Source: Octopus sinensis (taxonomy: Eukaryota). From it: DNA of 64,000 nucleotides. The translations under genes and the position numbers were made by a program. The stretch spans positions 108,004,001-108,068,000 of the forward strand of contig NC_042999.1 in assembly GCF_006345805.1 (NCBI RefSeq), given 5' to 3'. This document shows, piece by piece, positions 1-13,654 of the stretch. The notes below the pieces were generated by a model, which saw nothing but the letters and a program-made list of their open reading frames with translations, had not been told where the DNA came from and did no database searches. Each line of letters begins with the position of its first letter. The first letter of the stretch is position 1.

Positions 1-439
1 ACTTAGGTTTAAGTTGCTGATACTGAGCCCAGTATTTACCTGGAACATATTAACCCTAGATGAAAGAAAAGCAAAGTCAGTCTTAGCAAGTCACTCAGAA
101 TCTCAAGTGACTTAAGTAAACATGGTAAAGCATTCTCTTTGAACACTCCACTATTTGTGCATTGATATAAATATTATTAAAACATCTCTGTAAAACACAG
201 AATAGTCACTACTCTGTGAGAAATAGTGATTATTTCATTGCGAGAATGAAACATGGCATGACAGATACTAAGTACATAGAGTCATTGTGGGCTTGTAACT
301 GTGGTTGGTGAATGAAAGTTTGATAATCACTACAAAATTACAGTGTTTGATTGCATGTGGATAACACTTGTATAAAGGAGGTGTGAAAGGTACTGTCATC
401 GACACAGGAGTGTTTATTATTAGTTGTGAAAGTGATAAG

Positions 440-700
440 GTAATTAATATATTACAAGAAGATTGCTGTATTGCAATAATAGGTAAATAGCTTTCAATTG
501 GTGATGGTGGGTAACTTCCCCAGGTTTTGTAAATGGTGTTCTTTAACAGTTCAGCTGTAACATTTTAGCTAACTTAAAGTATTTGAGGGTATAAGGTTGA
601 ATAGTTGATGTGCAGTAAGAATATATTAGGTGGGTTGCTTTGATTAGGCTCTCGTTAAATGTTCCAGTGGAGATTAAGAATATTATAGTAAGGCTAAGGT
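440..700 (-). mobile_element. Possible highly decayed LINE ORF2 fragment (start of RT domain)
   Basis: Minus-strand frames read ...TKPGE.. and ..SPIESYLPII.., resembling the KPGK-x-P-x4-SYRPI motif upstream of non-LTR RT domains; frameshifted, no intact ORF. Confidence 0.3.
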
Positions 701-3700
701 TATGTTTGGAGGTATCAAAAGATTGGAAAGATTTGAAAATTTTTCAGCTGTAAAAAGAAAAAGAAAAAAAGCTAGTTAGGCTTCCTCCTTTAACTTCATG
801 AAACAATGGAGAATATTGTTGTTACTCTATAATGCCATAAATTTAATTAGGATGCACACATTTTGAAATGGTCATAAAACTCGTAAATTAAGATCATATG
901 ATGTGATAAATCTCTATTCTGTTGTGTTATAGTTTAATTGAATTTCCTTCGTTTTCTTTAAAAGGTTACATCTCACTTTCTTTTAGTATATCTTAATCAT
1001 AAATTTAATTTCTAAAAAGGTTTTTGTCAGCATGAATAAAAATTAGGGGAACTTTTCAATGAGCTTTTTCTATGCTATCACTGGCTACAGCTTTAGTTAG
1101 CTGGCTAGATAACCAATCTTATTTAAGGTATTTAAATTTCCTCACTTTGCAATGAATGTACTGGAATAATGATATAAGTTAATAATAATTTAATGGCTTA
1201 GTTTAGAAAAAGTTAGGTGACAGGATCGAAATGTTGTTAACTATAAAACTTCCTTTTAGATATTTTTAGCTTCCCATTGTGTTATAACCATGTTGTAATT
1301 TAAATCTATCCTCACTATTTATCGTCTATTAATCCTGCATACCCAGAAGGACATGTTAAGTGACAGCATTGTAAGGTTGGGAGTGGTAAAAACTTCCTTT
1401 TGAGATATTTTTAGATCTTCATAGAGTTATAACAATCTTGTGATTTAAAGATAACCTCATTATTTATTGTCTATTATTCTTGTGCACCCAGTTTACCCTC
1501 ATAATCCAATGATGAATTACATTTAGTGTTCAGATGTTTTGGTTTTAAAGAAATTTAAAACTGTATTTAGTGCTAAAATTTATTTCTTCTAGAAGCTGTC
1601 AGGAGTCTTTAGAATTGCTACAAAATGGAAGATAGTAGGATTATACATTTCATTTTCAGGATGACTGCACAATATCCATTTAAATTTATTTAAACATCCA
1701 TTCTTGTATACTGCTAGGTTTGTAATACAACATCTCAGCATGTATTACAGTTTTTGTTTCATCTTGTTCTCAAACCAGTGCATTAAAGCTTACCACACCT
1801 CCTCTGAAATTTCTCAGCTATTAATGCATAGCACCTTTTCTCTCAATATGTATCTACTTGTACACATCATCTAGCACTCAACAATATATTTATTTCATCT
1901 CATATGTGTTCAGCCTTTCTCGTAAATAAATTTTACACATTCAGTTGAGTATATATACCTAACTTATCTAGAATCTTTGTTGGTCATTTACAGTCCATTG
2001 TCTAGGTTTTTACTACTATAAAAGTACACATTTCATCCATGTCCTTCTATGACATGAATTACAAGTAGAGAAATTCATTATTTCTGATAACAATAAAAGA
2101 TTTTGAAATGTCATCTGATTAATTTATACCCTAGCTATTATTATTCCCCTAATTCTTTTCCTAATCCTATGTACATCACTCACGTAGCACACTTCTTAAT
2201 AAGTTGTGTACTATATTTTATATTTCATAAAACTTATTCAAGAACTCTTATTGCATTTCAAATATTTACATCTTTTCAATGGTCCTCACATTTTAGATTA
2301 TCTATTTGCTATCAAAAAGTACTACAGATTGCTTCTTCAGATATTTTCCAGCTACAATGAAATCACAACAATCTGAAACAATGTGATCAATATTTTATGC
2401 GAATCTAATTTACAATGAATTGCAAATAGCGCTAGTGCCTTGATAAAATGTCTCCATACAATAAAGTGCTTTGAAAATAAACAGAGAGTGTGGAGTAGGG
2501 TGAACTTTTGTTCTCTTTTGAGGACATAACCTCTCTAGTGCTGGCACCAAAATAAAGTGTACCCAATACACTACTCTGCCAAAAGTTTGGTGTTAGGAAG
2601 GGTAACCAGCCATAAAAATTATGCCAAAAATGGAACATATAAGTAAGATGTGGTCTGCTAACCAATCTAGGAGAATAAGTCTAAATGAGAACTGATTCAG
2701 ATAGTGATGCTCTGTCCCACACATGTCATCATGGAAAATGAAAGTGATGGTAATGATGATGATGATGTTATTGGTGATAGTTGGGACTGTGATAATAATT
2801 GTGATGATGGAAATATATTTCATATTGGAGATTTCACTTTGTTGTAGAAACTATCGCTTCTGTTACAAATTTTGTAATGCACATAAATAATGTCTGCAAA
2901 TTCATGCTGGCAATGGCTGCAGCATGTATGTGATGAATGAAACATGGCATAACAGATACTAAGTACAATTATGATGATAGTGATGATTGGCTCTAAGCTT
3001 TGGCACAATGGGTGTTCTTTGATTTGTTTCACTTTTTCTGACAAATACAATTAAGACTGGAACAATATACCATAGAATTTAGTTCCGGCTTGCCAATACC
3101 AGTCTAATATTATGTTTGAATATTTCATTCCTATTTCTTATTGGTGATTTACCACAGAGTAATTGCATTGTGTAATCAGTAGATATTACAATTAATGTCA
3201 GTTTTTAAGTTCCATGTTGAAAAAAACTGTTGGCATTTCACCATTTTACTTTGTTTTATTGCAAGTAAAAAAAAAACAAAAACAAAAAAAAACAAACAAA
3301 ATATAAAATGGCAAGTTTTGGGGGATTATTGTCATTAATGTATTCTTATGACAACTTTTTGCTTACAAAGGCCAGAGAGAGAAAGAGAGAAAAAAAAAAG
3401 GAAAACGGAGAAATGACTATGTTAAAAAAAACTACAAAGTTATTATATGTAAATGAATTTAAATCAACTAATATAAATCCTTACAGAAGATCAGCTTTAC
3501 AATTTGATCAGAGATATTGATCAGTAAATATTTAAAAGATATGCAAATAGAAAACTATTTAAAGATGCAGTTACATACTGAATCAGCTCAGACTGAAAAA
3601 TAAGGCAGTCAAAAGTTAAAACTCCAGACCATATTTAGTTCACTGATTTTTATTAAATATTGAAGACGAAGAATAGCATTTCAAATTTTATTGTTGGTCA

Positions 3701-4478
3701 TAGTTGTTGCTGTGATACAGATTCTCAGAACATTGCAGCTAATAAATTCTAAAGTTTCTCTTTTAATTGGTATATAGGATTTAATAAAATACAATAAATA
3801 TTATGTTTGATTTTGTTTACAAAAGCTGGAAAGTTATTAAAATAAAATTTTGACATACGTATCGTAGAATTGATAAAATGAGCATAGCTGTACAACAGAA
3901 GAATAGTTTGATTAAAGAACTAGAGGAATCAGTATTTTAGTAGAATGTCATGGAAAACATTACAAAAAGAACTGTTGCATTGTGAACATGATACCTGTAG
4001 CTATATAGCTGGAAATTCAATTTGCAAGACTATTGATAGGCTGAAGAAATTTTAATATAACTGATTAAATTGTAGGAAAGTATCTTAGAGGAATGGAAAA
4101 ATTGAGTTCCTGTCAAACAGATTTTCTGATGTGAAAACATTTGAAATGTTTAGTTATTTTTTCATTTAAAATTGTGCATGTATAGCTGCATGTGTATGTA
4201 TGCCTCAATATGTGCATATATTGTTTACTATTAGGTCTGTGAAAATAATATACATAAATCTGTGGGTATCATAGTCAGAATATCTCTAGTTCTATTGACT
4301 GAATTAAATAATGTTTCCTACAAAAAATAAATATAACATTCCTAAAAAAAGGGGTAATATATTATTTGAAGGAATGACACCCAAATGCATTAAATATAAT
4401 AAATACAGACTCACTTTCATAAATGCATGCATACACACACTCATAGATATAAGCATATATGTACCATAAGTATATACA

Positions 4479-4779
4479 TACTAGCAGTATCGCCCGGTAT
4501 TGCTCGGGTTTGTAAGGGAAATAACTATATAAGTATTTTTAGAGAGTTACTTCCCTTATATAATAGCGAATAAAATGCATTAAAATGGAAAAAATGATGG
4601 TAAATTTTTTTTAAAATCGTAGACTCATCGTAGACGCGCGCTAATAGCCAGAAGGGATCGATATGAATCACGACTATAAGATACCCTGTTTTGGTTTCAC
4701 TGCACCGCAAAATGTGGGAGTAGTTAGGAATCTAAATCGTAGGAGACAGACACACAACTTGTCTTTTATATATAAAGAT
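4479..4779. mobile_element. Helentron/DINE-like non-autonomous element
   Basis: Starts TACTAGCAG with a subterminal hairpin (CCCG-gtattgct-CGGG) and ends CTTTTATATATAAAGAT; CpG-rich compared with its flanks. This is the established HINE/DINE-1 architecture. Confidence 0.6.
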
Positions 4780-5015
4780 TTTCTTAAAAATATGAAAGTC
4801 AAGAAACGTTATTTGCGTTAAAAATGTCATTCGTTACAAAGTAAGCAAAGACGTTATATTTTCGCTCAACACGTCACTCGTTACGAAATATGGTAGCAAG
4901 GACGCTGTATTTTCTGGTCAACACACACAAACACACACACACACACACACACATCATTCGTTATCAAATACTTTACAGATGTGTCAAGTTGTGGTTTGTT
5001 ATTCATTATTTAAAC

Positions 5016-5298
5016 AGTAGCTGAACTCGTGCCGTCAAAAATGACGCCGAGTTGCGTCCCCTAGACAGTCTGTGGTTTGTGTTTCTGATTCTCGACCCCA
5101 TGTCGAATTTATCAATTTTTTTCAGAACTGGGGGAACCTTTCAAAATTTTCGCTGCGTTAGTTTTGAATTATGACATTGGGCTATGTGTGTGTCAAGTTT
5201 CATCAGAATCGGTTGAAAGCCGTGGTCAGAGTGAGGGTACAACTAAACAGACACACAGAAACACACACAGACAAACTGCCGTTTATATAGAGAGAGAT
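5016..5298. mobile_element. Second Helentron/DINE-like element
   Basis: AGTAGCTG start, hairpin ACTCG..CGTC-AAAAAT-GACG..CGAGT, short (CA/GACA) tract, ends GTTTATATAGAGAGAGAT. Confidence 0.55.
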
Positions 5299-6411
5299 AA
5301 GCATATATTTTGTATACAGTGCTCAGTTGCACTACAACTTGTTGGAAAAAGTTAAAAGAGGAGACAGAAAGCAGCCATATAATCAAGTAAAGCAAGACAG
5401 CAATGAAAGCTATAAGTATATGTACAATACACACAATAAAGCACAAAATGACAGAAAGGTGAGCAATAAAAGTACTATAAAGAGGAAAGGGTGCTTAGGC
5501 ACACCAGGAATAGTGTTGGAAACTTTTGGGAAACATGGAATCTTTGAAGGAAAGTAGTGGAGATGGGCAATGGTAAAAGATAGTGATAAATGATGATAAT
5601 GAAGAAGAGGAAATGATGGTTAGCAGTACAGAATGGTGATAGTTGGGTGTATTGGTCACAAATAGATCTAATCTGATACAACCCATTGTTACATATGCCT
5701 TATGAAGAGAGAGAGAGAGAGAGAGAGAGATAATGATGTTGAGAGATGAGAAATGAATACAAATATATTATGCCATCCCTAGTAACTTGGGTACCATGAT
5801 ATGAAGAATGGGAGAGAAGATGGAGAGTATTGATGAAACAAGACTCGGCAGCAGATGTAGACTCAACAAGCAACATAATGGGTGAGGAACTCAAATGTTG
5901 ATCGTTTAGCTTCTCTCACTACCATTTACATACATAGGCACACATATTAGCATTCTCATGAACATAGCTTCTCTGTTCACTCTTTATGCTGGCATGGAGT
6001 TGATGAATTACTAAGACAATATTCTAAGGCCAGATGTCCTTCCTGTTACTAACCCTTGTTTTTTAAGTAAACTGTTTTAAATTTCTCTGGTATTTTTTTT
6101 TTAACTTGAGGTCACCAAGCTACATGGGCCTATATTTTATGAGACATAAGCATGGATACCATTTTTGCTCTTACAGTGGTAAAGAAAAGACACGCTAAAA
6201 TATTTTCCCATAGTCACACACATAATGAATTTTTTATACAGTTTCTGTCAATCAAATTTTACTCATGAATTATTGGTAGTATTGATAAGCTGGAAGCTGT
6301 TGGAGAAAACTCTTGCCCAAAGTACCATTCTGTTTGATGGAATCCCAGACCACAAGCTTGTGAAGTGAACTTTTTAACCCAGTATCCATACCTGCACCTC
6401 ATATCTTTTAT

Positions 6412-6620
6412 CCTTTACTTGTTTCAGTCATTAGACTGCAGCCATGCTGGGGCATCACCTTGAGGAATTTTAGTCAAACTAATTGACCCCAACAGTTAGT
6501 TTCTTCTTAAGCTGGTTCTTCGTGTATCAGTCTTTTTTGCTGAACTGCTAAGTTACAGGGACATAAATACACCAACACCCATTATCAAGCAACTGTGGGA
6601 GACACACACACACACACACA
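6412..6620 (-). mobile_element. SINE (family starting CTTTTACTTGTTTCAGTC on + strand)
   Basis: Homologous copy at 45768-45960 and a partial opposite-strand copy near 47400-47460; abuts a (CA)n tract. Confidence 0.6.
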
Positions 6621-6899
6621 TGATGGTCTTCTTTTAGTTTCCATCTAGCATATCCACTCACCAAACTTTGAGTACCTCACAGTGGAAATGAACCCGGAAC
6701 CTTGTTGTTGGGAAGCAAACTCCTTCCCACACAGTCATATTCATTCCTCTGCCAGCCAGCACAGCTGTGCATTATACAATAGAATGTGCAAATCTTTGGC
6801 CAGACTCAAGTCGCACAAGGGCCTCTCATTGCATCCTCAATGACTCATTTCAACATTTCTTTTTAGCAATAGCATTGCTCGTATACAAGAAAGCAGCTA

Positions 6900-6915
6900 C
6901 TACATACATACACAA

Positions 6916-6969
<54 letters not shown>

Positions 6970-7050
6970 ATGTATGTATACACACAAACATACGCATGTA
7001 CATATATGTACAAGCACACACACACATGCACATATATATATATATATAGA
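6900..7050. repeat. Compound (TA)n/(TG)n/(CA)n microsatellite
   Basis: Directly visible. Confidence 0.95.
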
Positions 7051-7955
7051 CTGACAGAAAGGCAGAGAGATATATTGATATACTTCAGCATTCTTTCTTT
7101 TTTTTTTATAAAGATTACTTATCTATTTTCCTTATCAATTAATGTATATGATATCCTAACTACAGATCAACCGATCAATACAACCCCTCTTATTACTGAA
7201 CCATTATTTTAAAATTTCTATTGCTATCTAGTATCTTATTGTGTAATATTTTTATCATTGAGTATCTTAAACATTTCAGTTTAATTTTGAAAATGAATCA
7301 ATGAAACTGAAATATTCATTGAACATTAGTTGAGGTCTGTTTCTGTTTCACAAATGTAATTTACATTTTCTTGTTTAGATCCTTTAAAGCTATGGTGAAT
7401 ATATTCTTCTCTCATGGCATAATGGTCTATTTCCTTTATTTATATGATAGAACAATATTTTTATAGCTATATCTCTTCTAGATTAACTGAAGGAATAAAA
7501 TCAGATGTTGAATATTAATGAAATGTATAATATCCATATTATATATTATTTCAGCTTACTAAGGATTGCAAATGTCTATTTTGGATTCCATCTCAGCAGC
7601 TACTGAATATTATACTGTTGCATATTTTCCCTTAATATGGACTTCAGAATAAATGTATTATTATTATATATTTGTTTGGACTGTTTGAAATAACAGCTAA
7701 ATCTCTCTCCAATCACACCCCAAAATCTAAAAAAACATCTGATAGCGGAACACTTTTCTTGGAAGACAATGGTTCTCGTGGTCATGATTTGAATGCTTAT
7801 AGTTTGCAGATTTGCCCTAGCAGAACTGATTAGAGCTAAACATCCAGAACACTAACTGTATAATTAAGGCTAACACACACACAGCTATCATTATAGTCAT
7901 TGATTAGTATAGATATTTCAATTAATTAATCTGAGAAGTTAACAATAAGTCCTTT

Positions 7956-7964
7956 ACACACACA

Positions 7965-8023
<59 letters not shown>

Positions 8024-8038
8024 AGAGAGAGAGAGAGA
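7956..8038. repeat. (CA)n followed by (GA)n microsatellite
   Basis: Directly visible. Confidence 0.95.
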
Positions 8039-9382
8039 TCTGTTATTTTGAAGTTAAGTAGGGCAGCAGTATTCATAATGTATGTTAGATCCTTTCCAAC
8101 TGGTAATGTTGATCTAGTGGATATTTGATATGAAATTCTAAAAATTGGTGTGTAAAAGGAAAAAGGCTTGTTATGAAAGTAACTTCTCAGAACTGCAGTC
8201 TTGTGTTGAAAAAATTGTTCAGTGTACATTTTCTGAATAAGACAAAATAAAAGTGATAAATAGTGGAGAAGTATGTGCATCAGGTGTCATGAGCATGGGT
8301 GACACACAGATTACTAGGTCAGGAAACAGAAGTTCACTTGGCAAAGAACCATAATGTTTGGTTAGAATTTGGAATTCCTGATAGGTTTTAGACCATATTA
8401 TCGGGGAAAATATTCTTTACCTTTCTTATGGTAAGCTTACAAAATATATAACACAAAAAGGCTTTACACATGTCAAAGACAACAACAGTACTCTTGTCAA
8501 AGTTTCAAAGGCAAAAAACTGTTGGCGTGTCATACAGCTCTCAAAGAAAACATTACTTTTCACATAACAGAATTATTGTAAATAATATTGTATGTCTGTG
8601 GTTTGTTCTTCCTCTAAAAATTAGAATATTTATTTAAATGTATGAACTTTAACCTATCAATAACACATTCAAAATAATTTTTTTTTATTTTGCATATAGA
8701 CATGATTTTAAATAAATTTTATATCTTTATCTTCATTTCATGTATAGTATATAGAGGCATTTCATGAGATTTTCACAGTCCAAATGTCTTGCCAGTTTGA
8801 TCAATAGTAAATTGATTTGCCAGTTTTGTTAACTTGTATTATAAAAGAGAATTTCATTTTTCATCTCTTCTGATTTCTGGTTATTCTTGTCTAAATTATA
8901 GCTTCTATTAATTTTTCTGGATACTCTGAAATAATGTTTATTACATTTATCGTGTTGACCAATCATTTTGATATAACATATCCTTCATCAACAGAGGCTG
9001 CTAGCCAGAAAATGATGATACACCAAAGTTTAAATCAAGCAGTTTCCTATATATCAAAAATGCTAAATTCTGCCAAAATCATTTAAAAAAGTTCTTTATG
9101 CATATGTGTGTCTGTCTAGAATGATAAAGTAACAGGACTAAATTTTAGTTTTGCAATGGACTTTGAGGGTTAGAATTTATTTATTTAAATGTTACATTTG
9201 GTAGATTATTAGGAAGAGTTTCTATATGTAATGAAAAGCTGCTGAAGAAATTTGTCTATTTCTAATTTTAAGTATTCTGCTAAACACAATTAATATAGTA
9301 TAAACAAAGTTGAGAGCTGAGAATAACAACATTCTTTATTATAAAATGTTATAATTAGTATTGTTCTTTTTTTATCATTTAT

Positions 9383-9685
9383 GTGCCCTTTTCAAGCCTA
9401 GCCAGGCTCATGGGCCCGGTTTCCCGGTTTCTGTGGCATATGCATTCCCCCCAGCTGGACGGGACGCCAGTCCATTGCAGCGTTACTCAAGAAACAGGAA
9501 GAAAGAGTAAGAGAAAGTTGGGGTGAAAGTACAACAGGGGTCACCGCCAATCTCTGCCAGAACCCTGTGGAGCTTTAGGTGTTTTTGCTCAATAAACACA
9601 CACAACACCCAGTCTAGGAATCGAAACCGCGATCCTCCAACTGCAAGTTTGCTGCCCTAACCACTGGGCCATTGGCACCTCCACT
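9383..9685 (-). mobile_element. tRNA-headed SINE, about 300 bp
   Basis: Minus strand begins GTGGAGGTGCCAATGGCCCAGTGGTTAGGGC (A-box-like) with GGTTTCGATTCC (B-box-like); its 5' ~190 bp is homologous to 29928-30110. Confidence 0.8.
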
Positions 9686-10014
9686 TTGTTCCTTTATTTC
9701 TCTGATATTAAGTTAAGATTTGACCTTAAGAATGCTAGCTCATAAGATAATCATTGCTAAAATTTATATATTTTTGTTGGAAATTTAATATCTATTCTTT
9801 TATTTGCTAAGTATTCTACAAGTGTATTAAATTCTGATAATTAGTACAATTAGTAACAAATATTTTAGAGCCAAACCCAAACAAATGACAGATATTTCAA
9901 AAAAAGAAAGACAAAATGGTGATATCATTGTTAGTCAACAACGTAATGTTTTATTGTATGGTGTAACATGACCTCCATAAAACAACTATTCTCTTCTATT
10001 CTGTATAATGATTT

Positions 10015-10212
10015 CAAATATTGGCACAAGGTTAGCAGGTTTTGAATGTGAGGGGAAGTCAATTACATCAGCTCCAACACCTGACTAATACTATTTTATC
10101 AACACTGAAAGGATGACAGGCAAAGCTGACCTCAGTGGAATTTGAGCTGAGAGTGGACAAAATGCTGCTAACCATTTTTACTGGCATGTTAACAGTTCTG
10201 CCAGTTTGTTGT
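10015..10212 (-). mobile_element. Decayed SINE, family A (GCTGGCAGAA head), tail type 2
   Basis: Homology with copies at 21693, 38368 and 52655. Confidence 0.65.
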
Positions 10213-10589
10213 CTTCTCTGTTCTGCATACTGATATCTGCTTGTCATTTAGTTATGTTTATCAAATGTGTAAAACTCACAGAGGAGAAATCAAATAAAGA
10301 TGGTAATCTTTAATTATAATTTCAGACAAGCAATTTTTCAGAATCTTATGATTAAAGTATATATTACCTTCTCTTGTATTTTGCAAATGAATTACAATCA
10401 AAAGAAGAATTTATTTTATGTGTATTGAACATGCTGTTTCATTGGAATTCTAACATTTTAACTGAACTCAGATTTTTCAGATAAACTTTGGATTCCTCTT
10501 CATAAATAAAATAAGTTTTAGGTATTAGCATGCTATAAGATTTAAAACAATCAGTGGTCTTCCTGACCAGAATGCAGTAATTATATCTG

Positions 10590-11345
10590 GATTGATCACA
10601 ATCTCATAACAAAGTGTCTTTTATCCTTACTGACTTGCTGACTCTTGAGGAAGGGGCAGTATGTTTGACCTTTGTTAGTTCTCTGAGACTGGTGAATTTG
10701 ATTCCATTACTCCTCCATTTAAACTGTTCCAAGTCATCACCAGCAAGAAGGACACATGCAGGGAGCCAATTCCAGAGAACTGATATTCTGGTCATAGTGT
10801 TTTGTGTAGAACTGGGTTGAGCCCAACCGGACTGATATTTTCTTAATATGAGTGATGCTTGAGTATTTTTTACTGTTAAGAGATAAAGTTGGTATAGTCC
10901 CCCACTAAAGAATATTCTCAAGGACACTGTTCATAGAAGCAATGCAGGTTTGGCATGTGGTGTCTCAGTTACATTTGGATGATGTGTCTTAGAGGAAGCA
11001 TATGGAAGAATGAAAGGTTGTATCATCTTAATAAGAGTTGGTTTTGTTGGATACGGTGGCAAGTAGGGTTGTTCATGTATAAAAAGAGTGGGATTTTAGG
11101 ATAAAACTGAAACTTGGGTTGGAAAGAACCCTTTCAGTACATCACAATGGTAAGATCTAACAGTAGCTATCAAATCAAGAGGTTGGTGGGACTCGTAGGC
11201 AGGAAGTTTTAATTGGAGATTCACAAGCCTGACATATTCAAAGACTTTGCTGATGCCCAAGGCCAAACTTTGATCTTTTCCAAAACAATAGCCTACTGGT
11301 TAGCAACATAAGGGAGTAGGTTGCCATTTATTATCTTCTTTATCA
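10590..11345 (-). pseudogene. Decayed LINE ORF2 reverse transcriptase, 3' half
   Basis: Minus-strand translation gives LGISKVFEYVRLVNLQLKLPAY (~LDISKAFDRVWH..LL.KLP.YG), SY*DDTT (~YADDTT) and RISVLWNWLP (~RT..LWN.LP); multiple stops and frameshifts. Confidence 0.75.
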
Positions 11346-12429
11346 AAAGTATGTCTTTATTTATATTAAGTAGTGAGAGGTATCTATGTATCCTTATTTT
11401 TAAATTTTCATTTACATTAGCTGTATTTCATTATATACTCACATTTTCTCTTTCATGTTAAAGACATTTCAGCATTCCACTAATTGTTTTCTCCTTAGCA
11501 TGAATAACTTGTACATTCTTTTCTACTTAAACTATCCCATGTATCATGCTGGAAATCTTCTGCAGATGGTTGCTTTCAAAACATGTATGTTTGTTTTAAT
11601 AGGAAGTTAAAATATTCTAATTTTTGTTCTATAAATAGATGTATTGTAATGAATGTCATGCAGAAACACTACAGGCTGTTGATAGTAAATATAATTACCT
11701 TGTTTACTGAAAGCATTTTTTGTTCTTGTTAGTTGTCAGATTTTTTTTTTAAGATTTTGGCATAATTATGTTGTGTTAGATAGAAATAATAGTAACTACT
11801 GAAGATACCATTTAAACAAGCTTCCATCATGTGTCAGGTTACTTTCTTTTTCACATTTCCAATTAAAATATCATTTTCTAATATGTGCACAGAATGACAA
11901 GTTTTGAGGGAAGTGTATAGGTAGCAGATCATTAGATTAATGGGCACAACACCTTGCAGTATTTAGCAATATCATTTCATTTTTAGTTTAAATCCTGCTG
12001 AAGTCATGATTCATGAGAAAATCGCCCATGTGATCAACAAAATCTGACCAATCATGATGTTGAACATTGAATAAGTTCCAGCAATGATTTTTTTTTTTTT
12101 TGGACATGATTCATTCTGAGCCTATCAACCAGTATAAATTCTGTATGTTGTGAATACTAGACAGATAGCTTTGACATGCAGCAGAGAATGCATTGACAGA
12201 CAAGGTAGGAGTTGACCAACAGAAATGGCAGACAGCAGCTGATAACACAAAGACAATGAACAGTCAGAGGACAAACAACATTAGGAGTCAGTAGCTGGCA
12301 AGCAACTAATCACACTTTATCAGCTACCATAACTACAGCAAGAACAAAAACTGTTGATGGTTTTGCATACAAAAAGAATAAATTCTTGTTTATCAATATC
12401 TCAACAGACTCCAGTGTTTCTTTCCATAC

Positions 12430-12535
12430 ACATCTTTAAATTTCTTGAAACAAAGGAAGTGACAAAATTTAAAGAAGGCCTATCTGATACATCTACAAGA
12501 TCTAATTTCACAACTCTCTGTTCTGAATTCAACTC
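12430..12535 (-). CDS. Candidate internal exon (106 bp): ELNSEQRVVKLDLVDVSDRPSLNFVTSFVSRNLKM
   Basis: Acceptor aacccttacAG, donor T|GTatgg, one open frame; family not recognised. Confidence 0.22.
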
Positions 12536-13604
12536 CTGTAAGGGTTAAATGGGTTTACTTTTAATGTTGATGGGGAAGTGGTGCAAGGGTGGCTAAGTGA
12601 GAATATATGTATCACACTTAATACTAAGTGCAAATGATCTTCATTTCACTTCTTCTAGATCTTTGTTACTCTCTCTTTTTTCTCTCTCCCTTTTTCTATT
12701 TGTAATATAAATAATATTTCCTTTATTTATATATTGAATTCTAGCATTCAGACAGGCATGGCTGTGTGCTTAGGAAGTTTGGCAACTATCTCATTTTGAA
12801 TTAAGTTTTGTACTTTGCAGTACCTTGTACCAGTGTTATTTGTTACAGCTCAGTGATCTGGCAGGATCATTAGCATGTTGGTCAAAATACTTAGCAACAT
12901 GTCTTCAGGCTCTTTACATTCTGAGTTCATATTCTACTATGGTCAAATTTGCCTTTTGTTTTCTCAGGTTCATAACATAAAGTTCCTGTGAAGCACTGTT
13001 TTTGATGTAATCAACTAGCCTCTCACCCTAGAATAGTGACCTTGTACCAAAATAACCATTTAACATTGTAAATGAACATTAGAAGATAGAAACTGTATGG
13101 AATCCTGTTCTATGGTTTAACACCAAAACCTATGTCATGGATGCCTTTAGCAGAGTCCATATTTTGTTGCAAACATTCAGGATGGGTCTCTAGTTTGAGG
13201 ATATCATCTTTTCTTCCCATCAGTCTTGGATACTTGGAAAGGGGTAAAAAGAAAATGGCAAAAGATGGATATATAATAGTATTTGCCTTTAATAGTTTTA
13301 GATCTCTTTTGAGGAATTAATACCTAATTATTTACCTTATGTGTGTATACACATACAAATACATGCAATAGGTTTATGTGCAGTTTCCATGAAGGAAATT
13401 TCATTTGAAAAACTACTGAAGACAGTTGCCCAGGGTTGCCACTCTGTAGAACTGACACTAAAAAGCAAATTTCTTTACTGCATGATCATGCCTGTATCTT
13501 ACTGCTTGCTTGTTTGTGTGTGTATCTGTGTTTGTGAATATATAAAAGATGTTGTGGCTATTGTAGAAGGCTTTTCGCTGAAGGTTAGCCTAATCAAGAC
13601 ATAC

Positions 13605-13654
13605 CTGAGGGATAAATGATAGTGCCATCAATCAGAAATGCTTCATTAAATTTA
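13605..13654 (-). CDS. Candidate internal exon (50 bp): KFNEAFLIDGTIIYPS
   Basis: Strong donor CAG|GTATGT, acceptor gtttcAG, one open frame; family not recognised. Confidence 0.25.

Noticed and set aside
3860-4140. Possible decayed transposase or RT fragment
   Set aside because: No diagnostic motif could be read with confidence.
6767-8280. ORFs rich in YI/CV/HT runs (also 23655-24525, 46289-46732, 48370-48652, 54945-55301)
   Set aside because: Translations of (TA)n/(CA)n/(GA)n microsatellites.
9600-9685. tRNA gene-like sequences (also 28508 and 29930)
   Set aside because: They are SINE heads with A/B boxes but no complete cloverleaf, and they continue into SINE bodies.
13100-13232. Open minus-strand frame YPRLMGRKDDILKLETHPECLQQNMDSAKGIHDIG after a good acceptor
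   Set aside because: No convincing donor before the stop, and the phase does not fit neighbouring candidates.
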